Under the pieces are notes generated by a model. The model ran no database searches. It was not told where the DNA came from and saw only the letters and a list, made by a program, of their open reading frames with translations. A stretch of 64,000 nucleotides of DNA. Source: an uncultured Acidimicrobiales bacterium. GTDB lineage: Bacteria > Actinomycetota > Acidimicrobiia > Acidimicrobiales > SZUA-35. The position numbers and the translations under genes are program-made. The stretch lies in NCBI GenBank assembly GCA_963751955.1, contig CAVVWM010000016.1, positions 41,118-105,117 on the forward strand, written 5' to 3'. Positions 46,756 to 56,780 of this stretch are shown one piece after another. The stretch's first letter is position 1, and the number at the start of each line of letters is the position of its first letter.

Positions 46756-48513
46756 ATGGGTACTCTCGGCCTCATCGCAATCCTTATTGATGTCGAAAAT
46801 GTTTCGATGAGCCGGCCTGATCGGCCTCTGTTCACCGACGTGTCGTTGACAGTGAATACCGGCGATCGGCTCGGCATCTTGGGCATCAATGGCACGGGTA
46901 AGTCCACCCTGCTCCGGGTGCTTGCCGGCGCTACCGAACCGGAATCGGGCACGATCCGGCGGGGACGCGAATTGTCCCTGGCGGTTTTGGATCAGGATGC
47001 TGCCTTGCCGCCGGGAAAGGTGCTCGAGGCGGTGCTCGAGACAGGAGCGGAGAGGTGGGAGGCCGAAGCAGCACTGAGTCGCCTCGGGATGGGGGCCTTC
47101 TTCACCGAATCGACCACGGCGTTGTCCGGAGGCGAGAAGAAAAGGGTCGCCTTGGCAACGGCACTGGTCAGGCCGAGCAACCTTCTGATCCTCGATGAAC
47201 CAACCAACCATTTGGACATCGATGGAATCGTGTGGTTGGAGGAACGTTTGGACGCCTATCGGGGGGGCCTGATCCTGGTAACCCACGATCGGGTCGTCCT
47301 CGATCGTCTAACCACCCACGTGCTCGAACTCGACCGCGGGCGGAGTTTCTTTCACACCGGTGGCTACACCAGCTATCTGGAGGCAAAGGCGGCGAGAACT
47401 GCGACAGCGGAGTCGGCGGAGTCGGTTCGCAAGAATCTGGCTCGACAGGAACTGGCCTGGCTCCGCCGGGGAGCTCCGGCCCGCACGTCAAAACCGAAGT
47501 ACCGCGTGGAGGCGGCCAAGGCGCTGATCGGCTCCAAACCCGAGGGTCCGGCCCGACCCGCAGAGCTGCACCTGGAGTTCCCAACTCCACGTCTGGGCGA
47601 CATTGTGATCGAACTCGATCAGCTCATTGGTTCGGCGCCCGATGGTCGCGAATTGTTCGGTCCATTCGACCTGAAACTCGATCCTCGGGAACGACTGGCC
47701 ATCCGGGGTGGCAACGGGGTTGGCAAGAGCACGCTGCTCAACATCATGGCGAAACAGATCGAACCCACCAGAGGCTCGGTCCGCTGGGGAACAACCGTGG
47801 AATTGGCGTACTACACCCAGGTGTCCGACGATGCCTTCGATCCAAGTGCTCGAGTGCGGGAGGTGATCGCCGGTCCGAATCGCAAACCTGACTGGACCGA
47901 CGCTCGGCTACTCGAGGCGTTCTGGTTCGACACCGATGCGCAATGGGCCCAAGTGAGTACCTTGTCCGGAGGCGAGCGGCGGCGGCTGCACCTGCTCACC
48001 GTTTTGGCATCGAAACCCAACGTCATGTTGCTCGACGAGCCGACCAACGATCTCGATCTTGAAACTCTCCGGTCGCTGGAAGACTTTCTCCAAGACTGGC
48101 CTGGGGCGCTCGTGGTGGTCAGTCACGACCGTGCATTCCTCAATCGGGTCGCAAACCGCCAGCTCACCATCACACCGAACGGGGTGGTTCACGACGCCGC
48201 CAACGGTCAACCTGTCAGCGAGAAGACCGCCACGCCAGCCCGGCCACCCAAGCCCAAGGGCGATACCCGCAGTCGGCACAAGGGTCCCAGCGGCAGCACC
48301 CTGGGCCACAAGATCAGGGAAGTCGAAAAGGAAGTGGCAAAGCTGGACTCTCGGAGGAAGAAGCTGGAGTCTGAGATGGCCGACCTCGCCACCACGACCA
48401 CCAGCTACCAGAAGCTGGCCGAGGTGAGTGCTGAACATGCAGCTGTGTCCGAGCAGCTCGACGAGGTCGAGCTCCGCTGGCTCGAGCTTTCCGAGCAGAA
48501 GGACTCACTCTGA
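46756..48513 (+). CDS. ABC-F family ATPase (Uup-like)
   Basis: Two NBDs (GINGTGKST/LSGGE/LDEPTNHLD; GGNGVGKST/LSGGE/LDEPTNDLD), ELAWLRRGAPARTSKP linker, C-terminal coiled coil. Confidence 0.92.
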   Translation: MGTLGLIAILIDVENVSMSRPDRPLFTDVSLTVNTGDRLGILGINGTGKSTLLRVLAGATEPESGTIRRGRELSLAVLDQDAALPPGKVLEAVLETGAERWEAEAALSRLGMGAFFTESTTALSGGEKKRVALATALVRPSNLLILDEPTNHLDIDGIVWLEERLDAYRGGLILVTHDRVVLDRLTTHVLELDRGRSFFHTGGYTSYLEAKAARTATAESAESVRKNLARQELAWLRRGAPARTSKPKYRVEAAKALIGSKPEGPARPAELHLEFPTPRLGDIVIELDQLIGSAPDGRELFGPFDLKLDPRERLAIRGGNGVGKSTLLNIMAKQIEPTRGSVRWGTTVELAYYTQVSDDAFDPSARVREVIAGPNRKPDWTDARLLEAFWFDTDAQWAQVSTLSGGERRRLHLLTVLASKPNVMLLDEPTNDLDLETLRSLEDFLQDWPGALVVVSHDRAFLNRVANRQLTITPNGVVHDAANGQPVSEKTATPARPPKPKGDTRSRHKGPSGSTLGHKIREVEKEVAKLDSRRKKLESEMADLATTTTSYQKLAEVSAEHAAVSEQLDEVELRWLELSEQKDSL

Positions 48514-48908
48514 TGCCACGCCGACTGTTGTTCACCGCTCTCGGATTGGCCTCGGTCGGTGTCGGCGGGATCGGGATCGTCGTTCCCGGGCTCCCCACAA
48601 CGGTATTCTTCATCATTGCCGCATGGGCGTTTGCCAAATCCAATCCTCGGTTGGAGGCCTGGGTTCTGGACTTGCCTGGGGTCGGTCAGGCTGTGAACGA
48701 CTACCGCAACGGCCTTGGCATGCCCTTCAGAGCAAAGCTGGTGGCGAGCCTGATGTTGGTGACAGCAGTGACGATTAGCACCGTGTTGCTGTTGGACAGA
48801 TGGATCGTTCGGTTTCCGATCGCTGTTGCCGGTGTGATCGGGCTCTACTGGATCAACTTCCGAGTACCCACCCGATCTTCGACGGCCTCCTCATCACCGG
48901 TCGATTGA
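48513..48908 (+). CDS. YbaN/DUF454 family membrane protein
   Basis: GIGIVVPGLPTTVFFIIAAWAFAKSNPR. Confidence 0.88.
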   Translation: MPRRLLFTALGLASVGVGGIGIVVPGLPTTVFFIIAAWAFAKSNPRLEAWVLDLPGVGQAVNDYRNGLGMPFRAKLVASLMLVTAVTISTVLLLDRWIVRFPIAVAGVIGLYWINFRVPTRSSTASSSPVD

Positions 48909-48979
48909 ATTACAGCCGTTCCCAAACGGGTCAGATGCCCCACTCGCCGTTGACGCAGCCGGATCGGTAGAATGGTCGA

Positions 48980-49633
48980 ATGGCCCTTACCGAGTCTCCC
49001 GCCGGCGAAGCTGTTGCCGATCCCACGAAGCCGATGACTGTGAGCGACACCGCGCTTGCCACGGTGCTCGAGGTACGGGCGCAAGAGGACGATCCCGCCA
49101 ACACCGCATTGAAGGTGGCGATCACGGGTTCGAACATGACCGAGTTCCAGTACGCCCTGGAGCTGCTAACGATCTCGGAGGCAGCAGCCGACGATCTGGT
49201 GTACACCCAAGGCTCCCACGACGAACTCACCGTGATAATCCCAGCCGATAGCGCTGCGAACATGACCGGCGCAACCCTCGACGTCCCCGCGGCCAACACC
49301 CCCGGCGGCTTGGTGATCCGGAACCCGAACACTCCGAACCCGCTCGACGGACTCGACATCGAGCTGGAGGGCGAGCTTCCTGAACAGATCCAGCAGGTGC
49401 TCGATCAGGCCATCAACCCTGCGCTTGCAAGTCATGGTGGCTACGCCAGTCTGGTCGGGGTCGACGGGACAAAGGCGATCGTCACCATGGGTGGCGGCTG
49501 TCAGGGTTGTGCGGCCAGCGCCATGACACTTCGTGATGGCATCACCAAGATGTTGAAAGACGCTCTGCCTCAGCTGACCGAGGTGATCGATGCAACCGAC
49601 CACACTGCAGGCGAGAACCCGTTCTACACCTAG
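48980..49633 (+). CDS. nfuA: NfuA-like Fe-S biogenesis protein
   Basis: INPALASHGG, MGGGCQGC, DATDHTAGENPFY. Confidence 0.88.
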   Translation: MALTESPAGEAVADPTKPMTVSDTALATVLEVRAQEDDPANTALKVAITGSNMTEFQYALELLTISEAAADDLVYTQGSHDELTVIIPADSAANMTGATLDVPAANTPGGLVIRNPNTPNPLDGLDIELEGELPEQIQQVLDQAINPALASHGGYASLVGVDGTKAIVTMGGGCQGCAASAMTLRDGITKMLKDALPQLTEVIDATDHTAGENPFYT

Positions 49634-49654
49634 CCACCTCCTCGAAGTCACGAC

Positions 49655-50350
49655 GTGAGAGCGGGAGGGCAGCGAGGTCGGGTTCGGACCCGCAACCGGC
49701 AGCATCGTCTTGTATTCTTCGCAGCGACGGTTGCAGTTCTTTCAGGGTGCTCTTCTGCTCCCGCAGTGCCCGAAGACTACGTCTATAGGGCCCGGATCGA
49801 CGACTGTCGGATCACGACTCCGCAGCTGGGAACGGTCTTTCGGGTGAGCGACCGGTTGCTGGTGACGGCTGCCCACCCGTTTGAGGACATCCGATCCTTC
49901 GAATTGCTCGATGTCAACGCAGAGACCGTTGAGGCCGACCTCGTGGCGCGGCGGTCCGAGAAGGATCTCGCACTTCTTTGGTTGCGTCAGCCGGCCAGCA
50001 CTGCATCTGTCACATTGGCGTCCGAACCTGTACCGGCCGACACTCCGGTTCAGATCATCACCTTTGATCGAGAGGGGAACCTGATCGTTCAGGAGGGACG
50101 TGCCCTTCGACGGGCCAACGTGACCCTCGATGGTGAGGATCGACGAAAGGCCATTGAACTCGAGGCGCATATCGAAGCTGGCGACTCGGGTGCCCCCGTG
50201 CTGTTCGAGGATCGTGTGGTGGGCGTGGTCTTTGCAGCGTCACGAGGCAAGGAGTCTGGCTGGGCAGTTTCCCAACCTGAGATCGAGTTGTTGATCGCCG
50301 AAATGTCCGACGATCCCGTTCCCATCAAACTTGGTTGTTCCGACAGCTGA
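49655..50350 (+). CDS. Trypsin-like serine protease lipoprotein
   Basis: LSGC lipobox; TAAH, DLALL, GDSGAP. Confidence 0.8.
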   Translation: MRAGGQRGRVRTRNRQHRLVFFAATVAVLSGCSSAPAVPEDYVYRARIDDCRITTPQLGTVFRVSDRLLVTAAHPFEDIRSFELLDVNAETVEADLVARRSEKDLALLWLRQPASTASVTLASEPVPADTPVQIITFDREGNLIVQEGRALRRANVTLDGEDRRKAIELEAHIEAGDSGAPVLFEDRVVGVVFAASRGKESGWAVSQPEIELLIAEMSDDPVPIKLGCSDS

Positions 50351-50458
50351 AGCGAAGGGCCTCGGCTGTGCAGTCGAACGGGCAGAATTTGTGAAACCAA
50401 CTGACAAAATGACGAGGAGTCTTCTTCGCTTGCGTCGCTGGCCTTTTAGAATGTGCCA

Positions 50459-51358
50459 ATGCAGTTCTTCGATCGTGTTGCCACCGCCCCGATTTCGTGG
50501 GGCATCTGTGAAGTGCCCGGGTGGGGCCACCAACTCAGCGTCGACCGAGTCTTGGGAGAAATGAGTGGTCTGGGCTTCACCCAGACCGAGCTCGGTTCCT
50601 TGGGCTGGCTTCCAACCGACGCCGTCGGGCTCGTCGAAACGCTCGCCGAACACAACCTCGGCCTGCTGGCGGGTTTCGTTCCGCTCGTACTGCACGACGA
50701 GCACGAAGCAAAGGTGACGGAGAAGGCCGCATTCGACGCGGCTCGTCTTCTGAAGGCCGGCGGTGCCCGATATTTCAACACTGCGCCGGTAATGACCTGG
50801 GACTGGGCACCCCGACACGACCTCTCAGCAGCCGAGTGGTCGCGTCTCGTGGCCGGCCTCGAGATGGTCGATCAAGTCTGCGCCGACCTCGGATTGACTC
50901 AGGTGATACACGAGCATGTTGGTACTGCGGTTGAGACGGTGGACGACGTCAACCGACTCCTGGGGACGAGCCCTGTGAAGTTCGTCCTCGACACTGCTCA
51001 TCTGGCGCTCGGAGGTGCAGACCCCCTGGAGTTCGCTCGCACCAACCCGGACCGGGTTGGCCTCGTCCATCTCAAAGACATGGACATTCAGTTGGCGGAT
51101 GCATTCACCGGTTCCTATGGGGGCGATGAACCGATCTCGTTGATGACCTCGGTTCAAACCGGCTTGTTTCCTGCCCTGGGATCGGGCCAGCTTCCGATCG
51201 CTGAGGTCATCCACACGCTCGAATCCTCGGGCTTCGATGGCTGGTATGTCGTCGAGCAGGACTGTGCGATCACCGGCGAGATGCCTGGGCATGGCGAGGG
51301 CCCAATCAGAGACGTGCAGACCAGCGTCATCTACCTGCAATCACTCGGGGTCTTCTAG
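50459..51358 (+). CDS. iolE: Myo-inosose-2 dehydratase-like TIM-barrel protein
   Basis: APISWGICEVPGWG, TELG, HVGT, DTAH, HLKD, VEQD; located in the iol cluster. Confidence 0.75.
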   Translation: MQFFDRVATAPISWGICEVPGWGHQLSVDRVLGEMSGLGFTQTELGSLGWLPTDAVGLVETLAEHNLGLLAGFVPLVLHDEHEAKVTEKAAFDAARLLKAGGARYFNTAPVMTWDWAPRHDLSAAEWSRLVAGLEMVDQVCADLGLTQVIHEHVGTAVETVDDVNRLLGTSPVKFVLDTAHLALGGADPLEFARTNPDRVGLVHLKDMDIQLADAFTGSYGGDEPISLMTSVQTGLFPALGSGQLPIAEVIHTLESSGFDGWYVVEQDCAITGEMPGHGEGPIRDVQTSVIYLQSLGVF

Positions 51359-51535
51359 CCCTCCGATTGTCCCGCGTACGGCAGGTTCACAGGATGATGC
51401 CGCCGAGTTTGTTACGGACCAGCGACACAACTTATGTGAAAGGCGTGGACTTTTGCCCCTGGGTACAAATTTGGACTAGTGTCCTGAGTCACACGGATCG
51501 GCGGGAGAGCCGATCCACAACTGGGGAGTTCCCGA

Positions 51536-52618
51536 ATGACCACAACTTTGAAGCGCCTCCTGGCGTTGCTCTTTGCCCTCTCGCTCATCGCCGCTTCGTG
51601 TGGCAGTAACGCGCCAGATGCATCAGACGACGGATCCGGTGACGACTCGTCGTCGGACGATTCCGGTGACGACGGCTCCAGCGACGACAGCGCAACGGAT
51701 GATGGAGCCTCTGACGACAGCGGCGACGACGATGTTGATCTGGTGCAGGGGACCGACCTCACCTTCTACATGATCACCCACTCTGATGACGGCCCCTTCT
51801 GGTCAGTCCTCAAGCGTGGTGCCGAGCAAGCTGCGGCTGACCTCGGTGTCGAGCTGGTGTGGCAGGGTTCAAACAACGATCCCGGCGTGCAGGCCGCTGA
51901 CATCGATGCCGCTGTGGCATCCGGTGCCGATGGCATCGCCGCTTCTCTGCCCTCCCCCGATCAGCTGATCCCGGGCCTCACGGCCGCTGTTGACGCCGGC
52001 ATTCCGGTGTACACACTCAACTCGGGTGTGAACGACTACAAGGACATCGGTGCAACAACCCACGTCGGCCAAACCGAGATCATCGCCGGCAACGGTGCTG
52101 GTGAACGCTTCAACGACGACGGCAGTGCGACACATATCCTGTGCGGCATTCAGGAGCAGGACAACGTTGCTCTGGGTGAACGCTGCGATGGTCTTGCAGA
52201 GACCTTCAGTGGCAAGGTGACCCAGTCATTCATGGGTCTCGACGCCGACCAAACCTCCCAGCAGGCAGCTATCAACGCAGCCTTGTCTGCGGATCCCTCG
52301 ATCGACGGCTTCATGGGCGTTGGCCCCGTGATCGCTATGTCGGGTCTGCGGGCAGCCCAGGACCTCGGCAAGGACATCCCGGTTGGCGGCTTCGACATCA
52401 CCTCTGAACTGATCGACGCCATCGAAGTCGGCGACGTTCTGTTCACCGTCGATCAGCAGCAGTACCTCCAGGGCTACATCCCGGTTCTGCTCATGTTCCT
52501 CGAGGTCACCAACAAGAACACCCTCGGTGGTGGTCTCCCGATCCTCACCGGACCGGGCTTTGTAACCCAGGACAATGCGGCAGACGTGAAGGCCCTCGTA
52601 TCGGCCGGCACTCGCTGA
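51536..52618 (+). CDS. Sugar (inositol) ABC transporter substrate-binding lipoprotein
   Basis: Lipobox AASC, Asp/Ser-rich linker, PFWSVLKRGA, NSG, DQQQYLQGY. Confidence 0.88.
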   Translation: MTTTLKRLLALLFALSLIAASCGSNAPDASDDGSGDDSSSDDSGDDGSSDDSATDDGASDDSGDDDVDLVQGTDLTFYMITHSDDGPFWSVLKRGAEQAAADLGVELVWQGSNNDPGVQAADIDAAVASGADGIAASLPSPDQLIPGLTAAVDAGIPVYTLNSGVNDYKDIGATTHVGQTEIIAGNGAGERFNDDGSATHILCGIQEQDNVALGERCDGLAETFSGKVTQSFMGLDADQTSQQAAINAALSADPSIDGFMGVGPVIAMSGLRAAQDLGKDIPVGGFDITSELIDAIEVGDVLFTVDQQQYLQGYIPVLLMFLEVTNKNTLGGGLPILTGPGFVTQDNAADVKALVSAGTR

Positions 52619-52623
52619 TTCAC

Positions 52624-52697
52624 TCACCTCACCCTCGGGTGAGGTGAATGAGTTTTCTGAGAACGGGAGGCCGGACCAGTCCAGGTCTGGCCTCCCG
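52624..52697 (+). terminator. Two strong hairpins after the binding-protein gene (attenuator/mRNA stabiliser)
   Basis: TCACCTCACCC-TC-GGGTGAGGTGA and CGGGAGGCCGGACC-6nt-GGTCTGGCCTCCCG. Confidence 0.6.
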
Positions 52698-52740
52698 GAT
52701 TCTCCATAGCTAGTAACCAAGAAGGGGAAAAGGGGAAAAG

Positions 52741-54879
52741 ATGAAGCATGCTGACGCCTCGCCTGAGGTCGAACTCGAAGTGGAGATCGACGCCGATGAT
52801 GCGGCTGCGATCGCAGCTGAAACGAAGGCGACTGCGGTAGCCGGAGCCGACGAACGGCTTGCCTATCGAGGGGTGTTCCAGCGCCTCCTCATTCGTCCCG
52901 AAGTCGGTGCCATCATCGGTGCCGCCGCCATCTGGGCCTTCTTCTGGGCGGTTGCCGACACCTTTGGTGTCGCCACCGGTTTCGCCAACATCATGGATGT
53001 TGCGGCTCCGCTGGGAATCATGGCCGTTGCGGTATCGCTGCTCATGATCGGCGGCGAATTCGATTTGTCCTCAGGTGCGGCCACCGGTGCTTTGGGCATT
53101 GTGACGATCCTCTTGGTCAAAGACATCGGTGAGTTGGGCGGCGCAGGGTTGAGCCTTTGGATCGCCATTCCGCTCTCGCTGTTCGTTGCCCTGGGCCTGG
53201 GCTACTTCAACGGGACCATGGTAGAGCGGACCGCGTTGCCTAGCTTCATTGTCACGTTGGCAACATTCTTCATTCTTCGCGGGTTCAAACTGGGCTTCTC
53301 CAAGCTCATCATCGACAACATCTCGGTCGGTCGGATCGATGAGGCCACCGGTCGAGGGTACGAGTTCTGGAAACCGGTCTTCGACGGGGTATGGGCCCGA
53401 AACGAACACCAACTCGGCATACGAGATGCCATCTGGCTGATCGGCTTTCTTGCCGGCGGATCGCTTCTAGGTGCAGCGGTGTACGAGATGAACTACAAAC
53501 GGCGGTCAACGCTCAACCCGATTGGTCTCCCCGTTCTCCTCGCCGGCCTCGCCGGTGTGGTCGGCACGGTTCTCTTCATGCACAACACCGACAGTCGTGG
53601 TGCCAACACCCTCGCCGTCCTTCTCCTCGCCATCTCGGCCCTCGCCGCATTCCTCGGGCTGTGTGTGTGGCGCTACGAGCCACAGGAGATCGGGTCAAAG
53701 TTGTACTCCAACGAAACCCTCACCTGGGCCATCGGTGGCGTGGTCGTGCTGAACCTGGGCATCATCGCGGCTCAGACCCTCGACGTGGAATCCCAGCAAA
53801 GTGTGCTTGATCTCGTGGGCGCTCTCCGGTGGCCACTCGTCGTACTGGGCGCAGGGGGCGCCGCCTACCGGGTATGGGAACACCACGACTCCTCTCAGTC
53901 CCAACAAGACATGATCCGTTCGGTGATATCGACGATCGCGGCTGGGATCGTCGCAGGGTTTGCTGTTTATGGCTTCATGTTCATGACAACCGAGCAGGGC
54001 CTACGGGCCATCCTGTTCGGCCTGCTCGTCCTGGCGGGGTTCCTTGGCCTGGCAATGGCGGCATACAAAGCAGGGCGAGTATCGCCCCTCGCTCGTGGCA
54101 TCGTGCTCCTCGTGGCTGCCTTGATGGGAGCTCGCCTGGCATGGTTCGTTCAAGGGGCATCCAACTCCACCAAGTTCAGAACCGAAGCGTTCAGCGTCAT
54201 ATTGCTTGTCTCGTTGTTGATCGGGGTGTGGGCCGTTGCCTCGACCATGTTCCAAACACGACGTCATGATGATGCTGTCTCGGAGAACCTCGCAGGTATT
54301 TTGAGTCGGCTCGGACTCGTCGTCCTCGGCCTCGGTGTGATCACCCGCCTGCTGTTCACCACCGACGAAGAGTTGGCCCTCGGTCAAACCAACCCTGCCA
54401 ATTTCCGAATGAGCGTTCTTTGGTTCATCGGAATCACGGTCTTTGCCACCTGGCTGCTTGGAAGCACCAAGTTCGGCAGCTGGATTTTTGCGGTTGGCGG
54501 CAACAAGCAGGCTGCACGCCAGATCGGTGTACCGGCGGCCCGCACCAAGACCCAGCTGTTCATGATCGTGTCGGTAGCGGCCTGGCTTGTTGGCTTGCTG
54601 CTCGCATTCCGTCTCAACACGCTGCAATCGGGAACGGGTAATGGACTCGAATTCGAGTACATCATCGCTGCCGTGGTCGGTGGCACACTCCTCACGGGTG
54701 GCTACGGATCGGCCTTCGGCGCCGCTATTGGCGCTTTGATCATGGCGATGTCCAAACAGGGGATCCCGGCCGCAAGGTGGAACTCCGACTGGAGGTTCGC
54801 ATTCCTCGGCGTGATTCTTCTGTCCGCTGTGATCGCTAACAACTTCATCAAGAACAAAGCGGAAGCAGCAGGAAGATGA
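52741..54879 (+). CDS. Sugar ABC transporter permease (RbsC/BPD_transp_2) with large multi-TM insertion
   Basis: GGEFDLS, LPSFIVTL, FAVGGNKQAARQIGV, IAAVVGGTLLTGGYGS; 712 aa. Confidence 0.85.
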   Translation: MKHADASPEVELEVEIDADDAAAIAAETKATAVAGADERLAYRGVFQRLLIRPEVGAIIGAAAIWAFFWAVADTFGVATGFANIMDVAAPLGIMAVAVSLLMIGGEFDLSSGAATGALGIVTILLVKDIGELGGAGLSLWIAIPLSLFVALGLGYFNGTMVERTALPSFIVTLATFFILRGFKLGFSKLIIDNISVGRIDEATGRGYEFWKPVFDGVWARNEHQLGIRDAIWLIGFLAGGSLLGAAVYEMNYKRRSTLNPIGLPVLLAGLAGVVGTVLFMHNTDSRGANTLAVLLLAISALAAFLGLCVWRYEPQEIGSKLYSNETLTWAIGGVVVLNLGIIAAQTLDVESQQSVLDLVGALRWPLVVLGAGGAAYRVWEHHDSSQSQQDMIRSVISTIAAGIVAGFAVYGFMFMTTEQGLRAILFGLLVLAGFLGLAMAAYKAGRVSPLARGIVLLVAALMGARLAWFVQGASNSTKFRTEAFSVILLVSLLIGVWAVASTMFQTRRHDDAVSENLAGILSRLGLVVLGLGVITRLLFTTDEELALGQTNPANFRMSVLWFIGITVFATWLLGSTKFGSWIFAVGGNKQAARQIGVPAARTKTQLFMIVSVAAWLVGLLLAFRLNTLQSGTGNGLEFEYIIAAVVGGTLLTGGYGSAFGAAIGALIMAMSKQGIPAARWNSDWRFAFLGVILLSAVIANNFIKNKAEAAGR

Positions 54880-54925
54880 TTTCGCCTGCAGCGTGCCCGT
54901 TCCACGGAGGTTCCGTAGCTCACTC
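54877..54925 (+). repeat. Additional copy of the stop-codon-anchored repeat
   Basis: TGATTTCGCCTGCAGCGTGCCCGTTCCACGGAGGTTCCGT, similar to the reverse complement of 45053-45094. Confidence 0.55.
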
Positions 54926-54993
54926 TCTGCTGCGTAGCCCACGTTCTCACTCCATCTTCTGCTCCACAAGCTTCAACCCGAGAGGAAGCTGAT

Positions 54994-55788
54994 ATGACCG
55001 AATCGCTAATAGAGCTGGACAATGTCGGGAAGTACTACGGCAACATCATCGCATTGCAGGGGGTGACCACCAGTGTGAATGCTGGCGAGGTCACCTGTGT
55101 CCTGGGGGACAACGGTGCCGGTAAGTCGACCTTCATCAAGATTCTTGCCGGTGTGCACCAGCACGACGAGGGCGAGTTCCGACTGGAGGGTGAGGCGATG
55201 AAGTTCAACTCGCCTCGTGAAGCGCTCGACCGCGGCATTGCCGCGGTGTATCAGGACTTGGCCATGGTCCCGCTGATGTCGGTCTGGCGCAACTTCTTTC
55301 TTGGCGCCGAACCGTCGAGAGGAGTCTGGCCGTTCCGTTGGGTCGACAAGCAGGTGGCCAGTGAAACTGCCAAGGCCGAGATGGCCAAGATGGGTATCGA
55401 CATCCGAGACACAGAGCAGCCGGTCGGCACCCTGTCCGGAGGCGAGCGCCAGTCGGTCGCCATTGCCCGGGCGGTTCATTTCGGCGCCAAAGTTCTGATC
55501 CTCGACGAGCCCACCTCGGCCTTGGGCGTGCGCCAGTCGGGTGTGGTTCTGAAGTACATCCTTGCCGCCGCTGAGCGCGGCCTCGGTGTGATCTTCATCA
55601 CCCACAACCCCGCTCACGCCTATCCAGTGGGCGACCGGTTCCTGATTCTCAACCGCGGCAAATCGATGGGTAACTTCGCAAAGGACGAAATCAGTCAGGC
55701 TGAGCTCACCCAGAAGATGGCTGGCGGAGCTGAGCTGGAGCAGCTGCAGCACGAGCTCTCCCAGGTGACGAGCAACTCGGGCGACTAG
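54994..55788 (+). CDS. Sugar ABC transporter ATP-binding protein
   Basis: [25 protein letters not shown]. Confidence 0.92.
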   Translation: MTESLIELDNVGKYYGNIIALQGVTTSVNAGEVTCVLGDNGAGKSTFIKILAGVHQHDEGEFRLEGEAMKFNSPREALDRGIAAVYQDLAMVPLMSVWRNFFLGAEPSRGVWPFRWVDKQVASETAKAEMAKMGIDIRDTEQPVGTLSGGERQSVAIARAVHFGAKVLILDEPTSALGVRQSGVVLKYILAAAERGLGVIFITHNPAHAYPVGDRFLILNRGKSMGNFAKDEISQAELTQKMAGGAELEQLQHELSQVTSNSGD

Positions 55789-56759
55789 TGGCCAAAGCCG
55801 CAGGGGTCACCACGCCCGAGGTCATCACGGTCGGTCGGATCAGCGTTGATCTCTACCCGACAACCGAAGGTCCAATGCGTGATGTGCGAACGCTGGAGAA
55901 GAGTGTCGGCGGGACCGCAACCAATGTGGCGGTCGCCGCAGCACGACTGGGGAGACGAGCAGCGCTGGTCACCAAGGTCGGCGACGACGCTTTCGGCGAC
56001 GACGTCACCCACGCTCTCTCGACCCGTTTCGACGTCGATACACGCTGGGTATCGACTCACCCCTCGCTCAAAACGCCACTGGCGTTTGCCGAGCTGAACC
56101 CGAGAACCGAACCGAACATCATCTTCTATCGGGAACCGTCCGGACCCGACATGGAGCTCGAGCCTGCCGATCTCGCCGACCTGCCGGTGAAAGAGTGCGG
56201 GATCCTATGGATGCCGGCGACAAGGTTCTCGACCGAACCGAGCCGGAGCACGGTCACGGGTCTCCTGGAGACCAGGGCTCGCGCCGAGCACACCATCCTC
56301 GATCTCGACTGGCGCTACCAGTTCTGGGAATCGGAGGCGGTCGCCCACGAGGTGATCAATCCGATGCTCAGACACTTCAGCGTGATCATCGGCAACAGGC
56401 AGGAGTGTCAGGTGGCAGTGGGTACGAGCGATCCCCACGAAGCGGCCGACCGGCTTCTCGAGGCGGGTGCCACCTGTGCGGTAGTGAAGCTGGGCGGTGA
56501 TGGCGTGTTGGTAGCAACGGCAGACGGCGAGCGGGAAACGGTTGCGCCGTACCCGGTTGAGGTCGTATGCGGCCTGGGTGCAGGCGATGCATTCGGGGGG
56601 TCGTTCTGTGATTCGATCTTGTCTGGTGTTGGATTTGTGGAAGCCGCCCGACGCGGCAACGCTGCTGGTGCCATCGTCGCTGCTCGGTTGCTCTGCGCCG
56701 ACGATATGCCCTACCGCCACGAGGTCGACAAGGTTCGTACCGACGGCGCCGTTCTATAG
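55788..56759 (+). CDS. iolC: 5-dehydro-2-deoxygluconokinase
   Basis: GRISVDLYP, GGTATNVAVAAARLG, DLDWR, GLGAGDAFGG. Confidence 0.87.
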   Translation: MAKAAGVTTPEVITVGRISVDLYPTTEGPMRDVRTLEKSVGGTATNVAVAAARLGRRAALVTKVGDDAFGDDVTHALSTRFDVDTRWVSTHPSLKTPLAFAELNPRTEPNIIFYREPSGPDMELEPADLADLPVKECGILWMPATRFSTEPSRSTVTGLLETRARAEHTILDLDWRYQFWESEAVAHEVINPMLRHFSVIIGNRQECQVAVGTSDPHEAADRLLEAGATCAVVKLGGDGVLVATADGERETVAPYPVEVVCGLGAGDAFGGSFCDSILSGVGFVEAARRGNAAGAIVAARLLCADDMPYRHEVDKVRTDGAVL

Positions 56760-56780
56760 ATTTCTCCGAGGAGGATCATC

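Noticed and set aside
51620..51735. GACGAC-rich tandem-like repeat
   Set aside because: It encodes the acidic Asp/Ser/Gly linker of the lipoprotein; ordinary low complexity.
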